Part shown: piece after piece, positions 9,537 through 19,898 of the stretch | How the letters are laid out: every line of letters starts with the position of its first letter | Position numbering within the stretch: position 1 is the stretch's first letter | IMG/VR virus record: IMGVR_UViG_3300050491_000011 | Length of the DNA stretch: 64,000 bases | From: a virus | Taxonomy: Duplodnaviria; Caudoviricetes | Reading direction: 5' to 3' (one strand) | Program-made: the position numbers and the translations under genes | Notes under the pieces: generated by a model | What the model saw: only the letters and a program-made list of their open reading frames with translations | Databases searched by the model: none | Told to the model about the DNA's origin: nothing

Positions 9537-10058
9537 ATGATTCAGATATTGCAAGTACGTTTGAAAGATGGCGAGACGTTCAACGATCTTCGTGAAGAGC
9601 CTCAGATGAAAGCTCTTAAGCTGTTGCTCGAATGTGAGTTCGGCTTTGGCTGCACAGTCACGGCGATCAGCGACGTCACCGTTTCCGTAACCACGGAGTT
9701 GATGGGTTGTGTTGACACTACGACTCTGACCGGCCCTAAAGAAGAGATGGCACTGGTCATTAAGGCTGCTGCCTACTACTCCCACATTAAGGACCAGATG
9801 TTCCTGCCGGAATACCGTAAGGATTTGGCTAAGCACGTTCTGGAAATGACTGACGGTAATCCTCGCATCATTGCACTTGGTGCTGGGCTATTTGTGGGCG
9901 TCTCGTTCTTACGCGGTACTTTGATTGCGCTGTTGTGTGAAGACGATGTTCAATACTTGCCTCGAATGCAGAAGCTCGATCAGCCTACATTGATGGCGAT
10001 GCTCGAGCTGAAGTTCGGTGACAAGATTCCGATGAATGAGATTCTTGAGCTGGTTTAA
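9537..10058 (+). CDS. hypothetical protein
   Basis: 173-aa ORF, AAGGA RBS. Confidence 0.8.
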   Translation: MIQILQVRLKDGETFNDLREEPQMKALKLLLECEFGFGCTVTAISDVTVSVTTELMGCVDTTTLTGPKEEMALVIKAAAYYSHIKDQMFLPEYRKDLAKHVLEMTDGNPRIIALGAGLFVGVSFLRGTLIALLCEDDVQYLPRMQKLDQPTLMAMLELKFGDKIPMNEILELV

Positions 10059-10097
10059 ATGCAACGACTCCCCGATCCCACGAGGGGCGACTATAGC

Positions 10098-10403
10098 ATG
10101 ACTTGTCATTTCGCCATCATGGAGAATGTCAATCTGACTGTACCGTGGTATTTGTCGCTATCACTCGCCTATTACGAGTACGACGTTTCGCTGGTGTCAG
10201 ACCATCTCTACGACAGGGTGTGTCAGATGCTGGCCCTACATTGGAAAGATATCGAACACCGCCACAAGCACTTAATAGATGTAGGCGCTGTGATGGCTGG
10301 TACTGGTTTCTATTTAAAGGAATGTGACTTGCCTTTAATAGTAGTCTCATCGACCAAGGTAATGGTCAACCACTACATGAAAAAATTGGATAGCAGAAGC
10401 TAA
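10098..10403 (+). CDS. stand-alone NAD-dependent DNA ligase domain Ia-like protein
   Basis: AYYEYDVSLVSDHLYD matches LigA Ia Y..D...sD..YD; GAGGGG RBS before ATG 10098. Confidence 0.65.
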   Translation: MTCHFAIMENVNLTVPWYLSLSLAYYEYDVSLVSDHLYDRVCQMLALHWKDIEHRHKHLIDVGAVMAGTGFYLKECDLPLIVVSSTKVMVNHYMKKLDSRS

Positions 10404-10404
10404 A

Positions 10405-10548
10405 ATGAATATTCTCATAAAGCGCCTACTCCTGACACTCATCCTCTTCGTTGTCCTCGCAGGTATCGTTGAGATCAGCAAAGGCCCAACGGCGTCTACG
10501 CTTGGCGCAATCATCACAGAACAGGTGAATCAACTCACCAAGGACTAG
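10405..10548 (+). CDS. small membrane protein (47 aa, not in track)
   Basis: KR followed by a long hydrophobic helix; fills intergenic gap. Confidence 0.55.
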   Translation: MNILIKRLLLTLILFVVLAGIVEISKGPTASTLGAIITEQVNQLTKD

Positions 10549-10550
10549 TC

Positions 10551-10883
10551 ATGCGTCCGAACACCGGAACGTCCGACTACCTCAAGGGCATGAACGTCAC
10601 TACAGAAGTGTCCGACATCCATGGGGAGTCAGTAATGAGGACGTACGGTTTGGCGAAGCGTAACTTCCCTGAGCTTTGCGTCCCCAAATATTTCTCTGAT
10701 TCAATCTGCCATGCAACAATGACCCAAGTGGTTCGCGAATGGCGGAGTAAAGGAAAGGTCTTCTACGGCGATCATGATTACGTCTTAGGGCCTAACGCTA
10801 TCATCAATATCCACACCGAGGTAATCACACTCGATGGGGAAACTATAATCAAAGCAACACCACGACCAAGGAGTAAGTCATGA
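10551..10883 (+). CDS. hypothetical protein
   Basis: AAGGA RBS. Confidence 0.75.
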   Translation: MRPNTGTSDYLKGMNVTTEVSDIHGESVMRTYGLAKRNFPELCVPKYFSDSICHATMTQVVREWRSKGKVFYGDHDYVLGPNAIINIHTEVITLDGETIIKATPRPRSKS

Positions 10884-11095
10884 AGAAAGATAACCTGCTG
10901 GAAGCAATCGACATTGCTAAGAGGAACAGTACTATCGACCTCGGTCGTGGGATCTCCATCTTCAGCATGTTCCGTCATAGTGACGGGCGTATGGGGATGG
11001 GGTTACATCCCACTCGTAACGACATCAACCGTCACGGTAAACCCACCAAGAAAAAGAAAGGCAACGTTAAGCAGGACAAGAACGTCTACAAGTAA
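10880..11095 (+). CDS. hypothetical basic protein
   Basis: ATGA overlap, AGGAG RBS. Confidence 0.7.
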   Translation: MKKDNLLEAIDIAKRNSTIDLGRGISIFSMFRHSDGRMGMGLHPTRNDINRHGKPTKKKKGNVKQDKNVYK

Positions 11096-11142
11096 CAATT
11101 TGTCGTACAGAACAGCTACTACTTTATTCTCAGGAGTTTCAC

Positions 11143-11724
11143 ATGAACCGCTTGCATAAACCGCAAACCAAAACCGATGCAGTTACACTCATCTCTCGTA
11201 ACCTGATGGATCTTGAGCCGGGTATCCCTAACTTCAGTGGTGATGGCTACGCCCAATCCGCCCTGCCTCACGGCTGGCACGCTCTGTTCAAATCGGCCGA
11301 GGGTACTGACCTACTCGACCACTTCTTCCTGGTCAACCAACTCACTGGCCAGCAGATTCAGATCAAGATGTTCCCTGAGCGTTCCGAATTCCGGACAATC
11401 ATCGAAGTGAATGATGAGCTGGACATGATGGACAACGCCGGGTACTTCTACCACCCGCGTCACGATTCGTCGATCACCATCTACTGGCAGTGCATCGATA
11501 AGGTTGGGATCAATCCTGACCACATCGACGTGCAGTACGTTCTCTACTGCTGTAAGGAAGGTTCGGCCTTCATCCGCATGGCTGATCTGCTGTCTCCGCT
11601 GCTCGACAAGAAGTGGCATGACGAGGGTATCAAGTTCGATGCTCCGCCGGTTGAATGGCGTCATCGCCAGTGGACTGACTACGAGCAAGGCTTTCATGAC
11701 CAAGCACCGAAAGGAGCTGAATAA
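11143..11724 (+). CDS. hypothetical protein
   Basis: AGGAG RBS, 193 aa. Confidence 0.8.
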   Translation: MNRLHKPQTKTDAVTLISRNLMDLEPGIPNFSGDGYAQSALPHGWHALFKSAEGTDLLDHFFLVNQLTGQQIQIKMFPERSEFRTIIEVNDELDMMDNAGYFYHPRHDSSITIYWQCIDKVGINPDHIDVQYVLYCCKEGSAFIRMADLLSPLLDKKWHDEGIKFDAPPVEWRHRQWTDYEQGFHDQAPKGAE

Positions 11725-12260
11725 TGACTGTCATGCACGGTGACTCTCCAGACCTCGACATGCAAGTAACCGTCCACAAAGATCGTGATGCTGGCGCTGA
11801 TGCTGCTGATCGTATCCGTACGGTCGGTGCTGCTATCGCCTACAACGCCAAGGTTGCTCTCAAGCGCCTGATCATTACCTGCATTGTTCTTACCATCGCT
11901 GCCCTTGCTGGCGTTATCTGGTACGGCTATGAAACCCGTGTCCTCGGCACTACCACTGATACCCGCACATGCGAGTTTGAAATCGGTAAGACCAAGATCA
12001 CAGCGGTCCGTAGCTACACCTACCCGTACCAAGAGTATTACGGATTCCACATCCGTGATAACAGCAAGATCTACGAGAAGACCGTAATGGCTCTCGACGG
12101 TACTCAGCTGATCGTCCTCGGCAATGATGCCGGTACTCTCTGGAGTTATTTCGTAGACTCCGGCGATCGTGGTCAGTTCATAATGAAGTCTTCCGATGAA
12201 TACACCTTCATCGTGGGCAAGCAGGCCGATAAGGTCAATTACAAATCCTTCTGCAAGTAG
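11724..12260 (+). CDS. single-pass membrane protein
   Basis: KR then TM LIITCIVLTIAALAGVIWYGY. Confidence 0.8.
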   Translation: MTVMHGDSPDLDMQVTVHKDRDAGADAADRIRTVGAAIAYNAKVALKRLIITCIVLTIAALAGVIWYGYETRVLGTTTDTRTCEFEIGKTKITAVRSYTYPYQEYYGFHIRDNSKIYEKTVMALDGTQLIVLGNDAGTLWSYFVDSGDRGQFIMKSSDEYTFIVGKQADKVNYKSFCK

Positions 12261-12269
12261 GAGCCTGTA

Positions 12270-12692
12270 ATGGGTAGCTACATTTACGCAACTGTAATTC
12301 GTCAACTGGAAAGTGGCGATTACGATCACGACAACCACAATTGGGATACTGTCCTGACTAAACCAAACGGCGTCAAGCGTCGTTTGTTGCTTGGGGATAA
12401 CCGCTACTATACCTTCCCTGAGATCAAGCCCCGCAATGGCATTCACGAGTCGCTGAGCGCTGATGTACTCAGTGGCGGTGCAATGGGGTGGGATTACTGC
12501 CGTCATGTCTGGTATACGCCTCAAGAGCTTCTGGCGTTTGACTGGGATCAGGTTATTACAGAGTCCCCGAAAGACATCGAAGTCATCGGCAAGACGTATC
12601 GCCAATGCATTCCGGATGAGTGGTTTGAATACATTCAAGCTCGTGCAAACGAAACAGCCGTAGTGGCTATCCAGTTCGCTGTCGATAATTGA
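12270..12692 (+). CDS. hypothetical phage protein
   Basis: AGGAG RBS; Trp/His-rich PRNG..WDY.RH.WY segment. Confidence 0.75.
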   Translation: MGSYIYATVIRQLESGDYDHDNHNWDTVLTKPNGVKRRLLLGDNRYYTFPEIKPRNGIHESLSADVLSGGAMGWDYCRHVWYTPQELLAFDWDQVITESPKDIEVIGKTYRQCIPDEWFEYIQARANETAVVAIQFAVDN

Positions 12693-12699
12693 GGTCGCT

Positions 12700-12930
12700 G
12701 TGGAATACGGTAAAGCTTCCGTTGTAAAGTTTGTAGGTCAGCTGTTGATCGATCGCCGTATCAGTCTCGCACAGTACGACGCACTCCTCGCAGCAAAGCA
12801 CATTGATCACCCGACGGTATTCGCCATGATCCTCACAGTACGTGATCATGAAGAAGTCGTCGTAAAGGCTAATGTCGGTGACCCCCTGTTCGCCGTCCTC
12901 AATCCACCTCACCCTATTAAGGAGTCCTGA
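12700..12930 (+). CDS. hypothetical protein
   Basis: GAGGT RBS, GTG start. Confidence 0.65.
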   Translation: MEYGKASVVKFVGQLLIDRRISLAQYDALLAAKHIDHPTVFAMILTVRDHEEVVVKANVGDPLFAVLNPPHPIKES

Positions 12931-13439
12931 TGGATCTCTTCGCAACTCTCTCTGGCATGATGACCACCAGTCTGAAAGCCCGCTTCAAAGAACTGGTCGA
13001 TACCAAGAAGATCGATCTCGCAAACTTCGCCAGTGAAGATAAGTACCACATCGCTGCGCGTCAGTGCATGGGTGCTTTGAGCAACTCCCTCACCAACGTC
13101 GACAAGTCCCACCTCACCTATCTGGACATCTCGGTGTTCAGCTTCCTGCTGTTCAGCCTCGAATCGGAAACACCGGCCGAAGTAATCGAAACAGGACTGG
13201 GTCTTACTCAGGGTGACGAATCCGTCGAAGCTGCTGCGCCCACACCTAATCCTTTGGGCGGTGGTCAGTCGGTCTGCGGTGCATGGGGTGCTACTCCAGT
13301 ATCCCTGACCGATGCTGATGCTCAGTTGCGTGAAGACGAGCGCCACATTCAGGAACAGCATAAAGGCCACCGTGTGGAAGACATCGGCATGTACACCGCC
13401 GAAGGCATCAAGCCGGTCAACCAATTCGATCAGGAGTAA
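12930..13439 (+). CDS. hypothetical acidic protein
   Basis: AGGAG RBS. Confidence 0.8.
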   Translation: MDLFATLSGMMTTSLKARFKELVDTKKIDLANFASEDKYHIAARQCMGALSNSLTNVDKSHLTYLDISVFSFLLFSLESETPAEVIETGLGLTQGDESVEAAAPTPNPLGGGQSVCGAWGATPVSLTDADAQLREDERHIQEQHKGHRVEDIGMYTAEGIKPVNQFDQE

Positions 13440-13442
13440 TCC

Positions 13443-13763
13443 ATGCAGGTAGTTCGCAACTATGTTCAAAAAGCAGTTCAGGTTGAGATCCTACAGTACG
13501 ACGGGAAGAACTACTCCGACCTGCTCGTATTCTGCAACCCGGACCCACTTACCGCTAATGCCGTTTACATGCCGGGCCTTAACCAGGTGCGTCTCAGTAT
13601 GCGTGTGCGGAAAGTGCCAAAGGTTCGGGCTGGCATTTCGATCCCCAATCCTGTCGAAGCACTTGTAAACATCGGCGACGTCATCGTCAAGTATCCAGAC
13701 GGTACTTTGAAGTTGATGTCGGTTGAAGAAATCCAGAACGAGTTCGATCAAGTAACGGAGTAA
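13443..13763 (+). CDS. small phage protein of the K.PV.(I/V)EA.Q...GD.I family (PGDYG-like)
   Basis: YVQKAVQVEILQYDG and NIGDVIVKYPDG pattern. Confidence 0.6.
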   Translation: MQVVRNYVQKAVQVEILQYDGKNYSDLLVFCNPDPLTANAVYMPGLNQVRLSMRVRKVPKVRAGISIPNPVEALVNIGDVIVKYPDGTLKLMSVEEIQNEFDQVTE

Positions 13764-13768
13764 TCGCC

Positions 13769-13864
13769 ATGCTTAGTTTCGTAGGTGGTATCGTTGTATT
13801 CGTCCTCTGCTGTCGTGGTGTCGTCGGTTTCGCCGAAGACTTCAAGAAAGCAAGTAAACCGTAA
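13769..13864 (+). CDS. small membrane peptide (31 aa, not in track)
   Basis: GGAG RBS, hydrophobic N-term, ends just before terminator. Confidence 0.5.
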   Translation: MLSFVGGIVVFVLCCRGVVGFAEDFKKASKP

Positions 13865-13873
13865 ATAAACGAT

Positions 13874-13913
13874 TGGGGGAGCTTCGGCTCCCCTAGTCCC
13901 ACTCTTTTTTTTT
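13874..13913 (+). terminator. intrinsic terminator with displaced T9
   Basis: GGGGAGC-TTCG-GCTCCCC, spacer, T9. Confidence 0.75.
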
Positions 13914-13926
13914 GAGTTAAAATGCC

Positions 13927-15020
<1,094 letters not shown>

Positions 15021-15023
15021 CAG

Positions 15024-15054
15024 CATACGGGCCGGGGTAATTCCCCGGCTTGTG
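15024..15054 (+). terminator. CATA-GCCGGGG/CCCCGGC hairpin
   Basis: after tmk. Confidence 0.65.
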
Positions 15055-15065
15055 TCCCTTACCTT

Positions 15066-15088
15066 AAATTTACACAGCCACACATTAC
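15066..15088 (+). promoter_or_regulatory. putative early promoter (AGCCACACATT)
   Basis: recurrent motif. Confidence 0.5.
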
Positions 15089-15122
15089 GCTATTAGAGTA
15101 ACTATAACCTTAGGAGAAAACG

Positions 15123-15494
15123 ATGGAAGTGTTTTACGTTATCGCTGCGGCCTGCTGGTCAGGCATGGGGATCTTTCTTTATAACGCTGAGCTGAACCGT
15201 CCCGGCCGTAAGAAAGAGAAAGATGCGATCGGTAAACGGGATCTGTTCCTGTGCTGCTGCGTATGGCCATTCATCTTCATTCTGTCGATGTTGGGCTCGT
15301 TGTTCGGGTTCTTCTTCGACAACTGGATTCAGACACTACAATGGTCGGCGTTCATCGGTGCGATCCTCTTTATCTTTATCGCTAAGGCTTCACTGCCTGA
15401 GCATTTGGCACTGTCTATATTCTACGCGAGTATCGTCGCACTCTGCGCAGGCTATTCGATAGCCGCATTAGAGAAGAAGCAAAACGAGGGATAG
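15123..15494 (+). CDS. multi-pass membrane protein
   Basis: AGGAG RBS; 3-4 hydrophobic helices. Confidence 0.8.
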   Translation: MEVFYVIAAACWSGMGIFLYNAELNRPGRKKEKDAIGKRDLFLCCCVWPFIFILSMLGSLFGFFFDNWIQTLQWSAFIGAILFIFIAKASLPEHLALSIFYASIVALCAGYSIAALEKKQNEG

Positions 15495-15497
15495 ATA

Positions 15498-16214
15498 ATG
15501 AAACTGGTTAAGCGTTTCGAAAGAAACGAAGTGGGTCGTGACATTGCAGTCGCTGACGTCCACGGCCATTTCAAGAAACTCCAGAAAGCATTAGACGCTA
15601 TCGGCTTTGATCCTAAAGTCGATCGTCTCTTCATCGCTGGGGATATGGTGGATCGTGGTCCAGACTGTTTGGATGCGTTGGATTGGTTAGAGAAGGCGAA
15701 CTGCGTACGCGGTAACCATGATAACTACATCATCCAATACATCAAAGGGGATTCAGGTAAATGGATCAACGAAGGCGGCGTATGGTTCGAACCGTTATCG
15801 GCCCAAGAGAAACGACGTTGGCTCTATTACTTCTACAGATTACCTCTGGCTATTGAAGTAAAGACCAGTCGTGGGACAGTTGGGATTATCCATGCGGATT
15901 GTGTAATGCCGCATTGGCCTGACTTGATGGCTGAGTTGGATGGTTACGATCAACTTGACTGTCATCGTAAGAAACTTATTCGTAACTGCTGCATGTGGTC
16001 AAGGGGTCGGTTTGAACTTAACGATACCACTTGGGTTACTGGCATCAGGGCGGTAGTGGTTGGGCATAACCCGACTAACTTGCCGAAGGTAATCGCAAAC
16101 GTACACCACATTGATACGACTGCTGGTTATCCGCAGGCTCGTTTCACTTTCATTGATTTGGAAACACTGCAAACATTCACGGCTCCGTTTGATTACGGAT
16201 GGATGATGCAGTAA
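15498..16214 (+). CDS. Ser/Thr protein phosphatase (lambda NinI/PphA-like metallophosphoesterase)
   Basis: DVHG, GDMVDRGP, RGNHD, HAD, GHNP, HIDT motifs. Confidence 0.93.
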   Translation: MKLVKRFERNEVGRDIAVADVHGHFKKLQKALDAIGFDPKVDRLFIAGDMVDRGPDCLDALDWLEKANCVRGNHDNYIIQYIKGDSGKWINEGGVWFEPLSAQEKRRWLYYFYRLPLAIEVKTSRGTVGIIHADCVMPHWPDLMAELDGYDQLDCHRKKLIRNCCMWSRGRFELNDTTWVTGIRAVVVGHNPTNLPKVIANVHHIDTTAGYPQARFTFIDLETLQTFTAPFDYGWMMQ

Positions 16215-16223
16215 GGAGATTGT

Positions 16224-16493
16224 TTGATGCGCACTAAGATTGCATGGCCTGAAACAGGACGTGAGATCGGTGGGCTGATGGGGTTCTCTGCTGAGTACGA
16301 GGAGTACGGCGCCGGCGCTTATAAGCGGTGGGTTGTACCTCTCGTAACAGCGGCCATCACTACACTCGAACATGAGATCGATGTCTTGAAGCAGCAGAAT
16401 GAAGCGCTTAAGCAAACGATCGCTGCAAGTAAACCTAAAGTTAAATACTGCCATGAAACAGGCAACTGGATCGTGGTTAAGGAAGCACTATGA
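16224..16493 (+). CDS. hypothetical protein with short coiled coil
   Basis: AGGAG RBS (ATG 16227 likely). Confidence 0.7.
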   Translation: MMRTKIAWPETGREIGGLMGFSAEYEEYGAGAYKRWVVPLVTAAITTLEHEIDVLKQQNEALKQTIAASKPKVKYCHETGNWIVVKEAL

Positions 16494-16723
16494 CTTACGT
16501 GATTTATGGCTCGATGGTTTTGCTGGTCTACCTCGCCATCAGCGCCACGCTTTACTTCCACATGAGGAAGCTAAGGAAGACCCGCTTCATTCCACCACAA
16601 ACCGTTTACGAATGGAATCGCATGTCGGTCATCTGGCCCGGTCATTTAGCTTTCATTATTTTCGGTATCGTCTACGGCTTCTTTGCAGCCATCATTTCTT
16701 TCGTTATGGATAAGTTTCGATGA
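16490..16723 (+). CDS. two-TM membrane protein
   Basis: two hydrophobic helices, ATGA overlap. Confidence 0.75.
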   Translation: MTYVIYGSMVLLVYLAISATLYFHMRKLRKTRFIPPQTVYEWNRMSVIWPGHLAFIIFGIVYGFFAAIISFVMDKFR

Positions 16724-17421
16724 CACCACGCACTAAACACATTCTCAGACAAACCGCGATCTGCCTCCCTGTAGCGCTCGCGGCTGGTTGGGGTATCGCC
16801 GGCACGATAATACCCCTCATGGGACCACACTTCTGGACTGGGGCTATGTACGTGATGATCACGGCCATCTGCTTCGATGTATTCCTCAAGATGGTCTATC
16901 CGAAGTTTGCATGGACTCGTGATTACGAACCGGCGGCTTCAGACCCTAACGACCCGAAGCGGATTAACTTCATCAATGTCGGCCCTAAGCCACGGACCAC
17001 ATATCCGAGCGAACAGGAACTGATGAAGTTCTGCGGTCCCGATGAGAACCTGCGTAAGATGTATATCGCAGAATGGCGTAAGATTAACATCAAGTTGTGG
17101 GATGATGGGATCAATGATCAGTGGTTGCATAAAACGCTGGCTGAACGTCAAGCTGATAATGAAGAGTTCCGCAAACTCTTCTTCGGTGATTGGGTTCCTA
17201 AACATCCAATCCATCGCTATGCGTACTCGCCGCGGCTGGAGGATCTGTTGGTTGAGATTGATAAACTTGGTTACGGTGACGAGGTGTTCAATGAACTTCA
17301 GAACCAACCTCACCTCGATCCATACCTGCTGACGAACATTCTCATTAACTTCATCACTATGGTTAAGGTCAACCCGAATGAGAAAGCGATATTTAAGCCC
17401 TTCCCGGAAACACACGCCTGA
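16720..17421 (+). CDS. membrane-anchored hypothetical protein
   Basis: two N-terminal TM helices. Confidence 0.75.
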   Translation: MTPRTKHILRQTAICLPVALAAGWGIAGTIIPLMGPHFWTGAMYVMITAICFDVFLKMVYPKFAWTRDYEPAASDPNDPKRINFINVGPKPRTTYPSEQELMKFCGPDENLRKMYIAEWRKINIKLWDDGINDQWLHKTLAERQADNEEFRKLFFGDWVPKHPIHRYAYSPRLEDLLVEIDKLGYGDEVFNELQNQPHLDPYLLTNILINFITMVKVNPNEKAIFKPFPETHA

Positions 17422-17611
17422 AGAGAAGCGGCTTATTAATAAGCTATTTGCAGTAGAAAGATCGAAGAAGAGTGTCGACGTCCCTGTAGTCGAGTTCAAC
17501 GTTATCCCGTTCTCGTCTGAACCTCGTTTCGATCAGTTGTTGGAAAACCTCAGGCGTTCAATCGTGTTAACGATGGGTATGCCTCCACACTTAGTAAGGA
17601 GCTGGGGATGA
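17378..17611 (+). CDS. hypothetical protein
   Basis: fills gap; start uncertain. Confidence 0.5.
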   Translation: MRKRYLSPSRKHTPEEKRLINKLFAVERSKKSVDVPVVEFNVIPFSSEPRFDQLLENLRRSIVLTMGMPPHLVRSWG

Positions 17612-17871
17612 CTAAAGAAGGTGTACGTGAGATTGTCCATGAGGAACTCGAGGAACTGTTGACGCTGTACCCAACACTCCTCCCAATCTGCATTAAGCAG
17701 TTCGATGAGTTCCTTGAGAAAGCTCACATTCCAATCAAGAACCCCCGTGTGAAAGTCCGCACTCCGGATACCGAGTATTTCCCGCCGCCGTGGCACTGGG
17801 ATGTTGAGCTCGAAATCATGGGCGATATGTTTATCTTCGTTGCGCGTAGATTTGCGACACACGCTGAATAG
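17608..17871 (+). CDS. hypothetical protein
   Basis: AGGAG RBS. Confidence 0.7.
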   Translation: MTKEGVREIVHEELEELLTLYPTLLPICIKQFDEFLEKAHIPIKNPRVKVRTPDTEYFPPPWHWDVELEIMGDMFIFVARRFATHAE

Positions 17872-17885
17872 TTAAGAGGTGAGTA

Positions 17886-18701
17886 ATGAAAGAGAAAGGC
17901 TTTAAATGGATCGTTGTATCTGATACAGCTGAACTGGCTGTATTCGGTAATATCCTTCACGTCGGTAACTGTCTGTCTCTCGACGATCTGTTTCAGAAGA
18001 TCAGTGTAGACATCGACAATGACGAAGACGCTGCTATCGAAGAGTACCGTCGTCGCCACCCCGGTGTTCTCGATGAAGAGATGCCAACGGATATGCGTGG
18101 CATGAAGAAGGCTAAGGCCCGCTCCGCTCTGGTGCAGGAGTTGGCCGCGTTGGGGGATGGTTCGGCTACTTACGTCAGCGTCATCAGCCCTAAGGATGCC
18201 GACACCATTCAGGCGAGCTTTAGAAGCCTCATCCTGCCGATCACGACCAAGCACAAGACTTTCCAGGAAGTAACCCGCCGCGTATGTAAAGCTCCTGAAG
18301 CTACGTGGTTCTTGGTGGCCGGTGCTGCATTCATCCACAACGGAACGGTTGATATCATCCGTCGTGGTCAGGATACGTGGGCACATCTCCCAATGTCGTT
18401 CCAGATGATGGAACCTAAGGAGCTGGATGAGACGCGAACCTACGTCTGTCAATCCAAAGGTCCGACTGGGTTCACGACATGGATCTCTCAGGACGTTGAC
18501 CAGATCGTGCTGGTAGTTGAGGAGGGTGAAGGGTCTACCGTTAAGTTGGTGTCCTACACTCCGACCAATGCGTTCTGCGCAGAAACAGCGAAGGGTGAAG
18601 TTCAGCGACTGTACGAAGACGCTACCATTGCCTTACACGACGGGTTCATCGACTTCCAGTTCGAAGCTTCGAAGTACGACCCAGTTCGGGAAATAGTGTA
18701 G
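17886..18701 (+). CDS. hypothetical protein
   Basis: GAGGTG RBS, 271 aa. Confidence 0.8.
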   Translation: MKEKGFKWIVVSDTAELAVFGNILHVGNCLSLDDLFQKISVDIDNDEDAAIEEYRRRHPGVLDEEMPTDMRGMKKAKARSALVQELAALGDGSATYVSVISPKDADTIQASFRSLILPITTKHKTFQEVTRRVCKAPEATWFLVAGAAFIHNGTVDIIRRGQDTWAHLPMSFQMMEPKELDETRTYVCQSKGPTGFTTWISQDVDQIVLVVEEGEGSTVKLVSYTPTNAFCAETAKGEVQRLYEDATIALHDGFIDFQFEASKYDPVREIV

Positions 18702-18704
18702 GTT

Positions 18705-18738
18705 CCGTAAATAGTTACTGGCATAGTGCTATCTTATG
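18705..18738 (+). promoter_or_regulatory. CCGTAAATAGTTAC-N16-TATG putative promoter
   Basis: one of three bipartite copies; TATG is the known phiKZ late-promoter core. Confidence 0.6.
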
Positions 18739-19345
18739 TGAACATTCGCACTAAGGACTTCGATTGGACATTCGTGTTCGTATCGCGGTGGCTCTTTGCG
18801 CGGTTCTTGCTTCGGTAGACTCGACGGCTAAACCTCCCGAGATTCGGGTGGCGCAGCCGTCGTACTACACTTCCTCAGATGAACAACTTACCAAGATGCA
18901 AGTCTTCTTGCAGGCGAGGGAGTTGGAACTCGAGAAGCGCGAATTCGACCCGTTCTTAAGTACCACGTTCTTCTGGGGAACGAAAGGGCTGAGTGGGACG
19001 ATTATTGAACCTCGCACCTGCAACCCTGCCAGCGTATACTCAGTCACAGGGCGTTGGACCCTGGTTAGGCATGAGAGAGACTCCCTGACACCTTTCGGGA
19101 CTTGAAAGATTTACCCACCCGACTGATAAGTGTAGATAGTCAAAAATCGATTCGGGATAACCGGTCAAAGAGGCTCCTGTGTGGAGCAAATGCCAACCCT
19201 GTCCTCCGATGCGCTCGGATCGCCAGATGGTAGATGTATCCGCCACCCCAAGAACTGAAGGCGCCGCCGTTCCAATGCCAGGGATACCTGGGTTTGAGTT
19301 CGGGGTGACCAATAGGTGAGGGGTGGCCATTTCTTTTCTTTATGC
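18738..19345 (+). ncRNA. candidate structured RNA A (whole segment, or only 19106-19345)
   Basis: follows palindrome+TATG; hairpins 18823-18861 and 18897-18912; GCCACCCC 19242-19249 pairs with 19320-19327 before a U-rich run. Confidence 0.4.
18764..19105 (+). CDS. uncertain ORF with signal-peptide-like N-terminus, inside structured segment A
   Basis: TTG start with AAGGA upstream; overlaps several hairpins. Confidence 0.35.
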   Translation: MDIRVRIAVALCAVLASVDSTAKPPEIRVAQPSYYTSSDEQLTKMQVFLQARELELEKREFDPFLSTTFFWGTKGLSGTIIEPRTCNPASVYSVTGRWTLVRHERDSLTPFGT

Positions 19346-19373
19346 CGCAAACATTTATTAAGGTGCCATCATC

Positions 19374-19886
19374 ATGACTACACCACGTTTAGGTGATCCA
19401 ATCATCTCGACAGATAAAGACGGTAAGGAACGACGTTCGTATGTAACGGTAAACCCAGATCGTCGTACAGCTCCTCACCGCCGTATGAAGAAAGACATCG
19501 CTGAGCAAGCCAAACTCCGCGAGGAACGTGAAGCTGCGGAATGTCTAGCGGAACCAATCCCAATGTTTGATGGGACCGCAGCAGCGGCTGCTTACGACCT
19601 AGCCGCTGAACATCTCGGCATTAGCCTCATGGGTACGAACATCCGCGTTCTCGATATGCTGGAATCGTATCAGCTCCACGTTGAGCGTAGTCATGACGGC
19701 CTCCTCAAGATCCCGTACTCCAAGGATGTTGATGAACTCATCCAGAACGGTGCCTTCAAGCCGTACATCGGTAAGCTGTACAACCATCCTATCGACTATG
19801 TCGGTAATGTCGGCATCGCCTTAATGGAAGCCTTACCCAACTCCGGGTTTATGGGGTCCGCAACAATCACCTTCGTCGCAACATAA
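19374..19886 (+). CDS. hypothetical protein
   Basis: AAGGT RBS, 170 aa. Confidence 0.75.
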   Translation: MTTPRLGDPIISTDKDGKERRSYVTVNPDRRTAPHRRMKKDIAEQAKLREEREAAECLAEPIPMFDGTAAAAAYDLAAEHLGISLMGTNIRVLDMLESYQLHVERSHDGLLKIPYSKDVDELIQNGAFKPYIGKLYNHPIDYVGNVGIALMEALPNSGFMGSATITFVAT

Positions 19887-19898
19887 GGAAACAACGGA

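Noticed and set aside
18740-18960. TTCGA/GTTCGTATC T-loop-like words suggesting tRNA or tmRNA
   Set aside because: No acceptor stem, D-arm or CCA end can be built.
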